NCBI RefSeq assembly: GCF_001194135.2 | Contig: NC_068989.1 | Coordinates: 88,158,236 to 88,222,235, forward strand | Origin: Octopus bimaculoides | Taxonomy: Eukaryota | Direction of reading: 5' to 3' | DNA length: 64,000 nucleotides | Shown: in pieces, positions 61,471 through 64,000 of the stretch | Position numbering within the stretch: position 1 is the first letter of the stretch | How the letters are laid out: each line of letters opens with the position of its first letter | Made by a program: the position numbers and the translations under genes | Notes under the pieces: model-generated | The model's input: the letters and a program-made list of their open reading frames with translations, nothing else | What the model was told of the DNA's origin: nothing | Databases searched by the model: none

Positions 61471-61900
61471 TACACACATATTTACACACACCCGACTATA
61501 TATACACACACCCAACTATATATACATACACACATTTACACACACCCGACTATATATACACACACATATTTACACATACCCGACTATATACACACACATA
61601 TATTTACACACACCCGACCATATATTTACACACACCCGACCATATATACACATACACATTTACATACACCCGAACACACACACACACACATACATACACA
61701 CTACATGTGCACCCGACTGTATAGACACACATTACATGTCTTACCACATGTACACCTGACCATGAGCATACCTAACTGCAGCTACGTACATGTACACCTG
61801 ACCATGCATACATACATAACTACATTCAGCAACAGATAACACACAGTGTACGCTAACCTGACCCACGTATACATATAAGCATGCAAGAACAATGAGAACA
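61100..61900. repeat. Degenerate minisatellite built on (CA/TA)n with a recurring ACCCGAC anchor
   Basis: About ten acccgac(t/c)atatat..cacacacat(a)tttacac units. Confidence 0.8.
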
Positions 61901-62082
61901 ACATGCACAAACACATACACATGTATCTATAAAGACACACATGTGTGTACATCCATAGGAGCAAGGAAAAGTGGACATTAAAACGATGATGATGATGATG
62001 GTGGTGGTATATACATGGTATATATATATGGTGGTATATAGAGAAAACTAACACATTCACATAAGCATATGTATAAACACGA

Positions 62083-62114
<32 letters not shown>

Positions 62115-62836
62115 GCACACATACACACAAATACACCATTTCCACCCTGTGTTTCAGAACATGTAAAGGAAAAGAAAAAAAGAAAGAATTCAGGTACTCA
62201 GCCAGACGTAAAGAGACAGGAAAGATGAGAGAGAGAGAGAAAGAGAGAGAGTTTGAAACATAGAGATTGAGAAAAAGATAAAAAGACAGAGACGCAAAGA
62301 GAGGGGGGGAAGAGTTATTGATAGAGAGAAACAGAGAGAGAGGAAAAGAGAGAGAGAAATAGGAGAAAGAGGTAAGCAGACAGAAAGACAGAGAGAAAGA
62401 GATAGGACGTGTTTGTCGTGTGCATAAGGAAAAGGAAGACAACAAGAATGCATGTAGATAGTGCAGCTGCACCAGACAGAAATGGCTAAAGTGCATGTAG
62501 CATGATAACAACAGAGATGAAGAGACATTCAAGTGCAGAAATGCTAGCAACCTACATACGTGTATAAGAGTGTGCATGCATATATATATCTATGTGTGTG
62601 TGCGTGTATGTATATATATATATATGTATGTATGTATAAATAAATATACACACATACATTCATACAGACTCTCACACACATATGTATATACATGTACAAA
62701 CACAGGCATACACCAAAACATGACTTGCACCATGGGAACACACAGAGGTGCAGCAGTTTATCAGCAGTGACAGAAACTGCATCTGATTGCACAGATTGAG
62801 AGTGAGTGGGGAGGGGAAGTAGGAGAAGGAATGAGC

Positions 62837-62871
<35 letters not shown>

Positions 62872-63297
62872 TGTATATATACATTGACAAACGTATACAC
62901 TTATACATACATATGTACACATATTCACATTGTTGTTCCCTATCCCCACCCATGTCAGCATAGGCTGCGGAGAGGGAGCATTTTTTTGAGGCAGGATTTT
63001 ACAGCTGGTAGCTCTTAGAGACACCATCCATTTATTCACCTTTGACAAAACAATGCACCTATTCTACCACACTCACCCATACACATGTATACATAAACAT
63101 ACATACATGTAGACACACACACACAAAAACATATATATATGAATACATGAATAAACACTCACACTCACATATATATACACATATCATACACACATCCATA
63201 TATATAAACACATGCATACATATCTATATAGACACACACACATACATACACCCATATTTACACACACACATGCATATACATATATATATATATATCG

Positions 63298-63628
63298 TAG
63301 CACTCCGTCAGTTATGATGTGGGTTCCAGTTGATCCGATCAACGGAACAGCCTGCTCATGAAATTAACGTGCAAGTGGCTGGGCACTCCACAGACACGTG
63401 ACAAGGCTGGCCCCTTTGAAATACAAGTACAACAGAAACAAGAAGAAAGGGTGAGAGAAAGTTGTGGTGAAAGAATACAGCAGGGTTCGCTACCATCCCC
63501 TGCCGGAGCCTCATGGAGATTTAGGTATTTTCGCTCAATAAACACTCACAACGCCCAGTCTGGGAATCGAAACAGCGATCCTATGACTGCAAGTCCACTG
63601 CCCTAACCACTGGGCCATTGCGCCTCCC
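63298..63628 (-). mobile_element. tRNA-derived SINE (family D)
   Basis: Minus-strand head GGAGGCGCAATGGCCCAGTGGTTAGGGCAG..GTTTCGATTCCC with A and B boxes, then a non-tRNA body. Confidence 0.85.
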
Positions 63629-64000
63629 CATATATATATAAACATATGAATACATGACTAAACACACACACACACACATATACATATATATCATACACAC
63701 ATACATGTATAAACATCCATATACCTTCATCCATATATATAAACACATGCATACATATCTATATACAGACGCATGCACACACATACACATTACTATCATT
63801 TTACTTCAGCTTTCCCTGCTGGCATGGGTTGAATGGACCATCATGCCCATATCATTTCTTAATCGGGCCACTGCTTCTATAGACTGGTTCCCGAATGCCC
63901 TGCCCTTCTTTATGCCGAACCCTTTATAGGGTGCACTGGCTGCAATTTCTTATGGCATCAAAAGTTGGAATAGTTCTCAGAAACAGGACTAAAGGACTTC

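Overview
Eukaryotic, AT-rich, microsatellite-dense animal DNA with eight N gaps. The repeat families and intron style suggest an octopus (inference only). The one host gene is a Tousled-like kinase (Tlk) on the minus strand. I assembled 16 GT-AG coding exons by hand between 46755 and 223 (1860 nt, about 619 aa, all phases compatible), covering the coiled-coil region and a complete kinase domain. The N-terminal exons were not found and lie beyond the window or in a gap. The introns carry 5'-truncated RTE LINE copies, an R4/Dong-like LINE fragment in a (TAA)n tract, at least three tRNA-derived SINE families, piggyBac/hAT/Tigger-type MITEs and a Helentron-like element. The most interesting signal is two unrelated small non-coding insertions carrying minimal type I hammerhead ribozyme cores (583-1044 and 23692-23980). 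Both are tail-out inverted dimers flanked by 11-14 bp target-site duplications, an architecture typical of Penelope-like elements. A third hammerhead copy (20526-20950) is joined to a tRNA-like head. There is also a CRE/ETS/NRF1 promoter-like island in a 3' intron of Tlk, plus two weaker candidate alternative starts.
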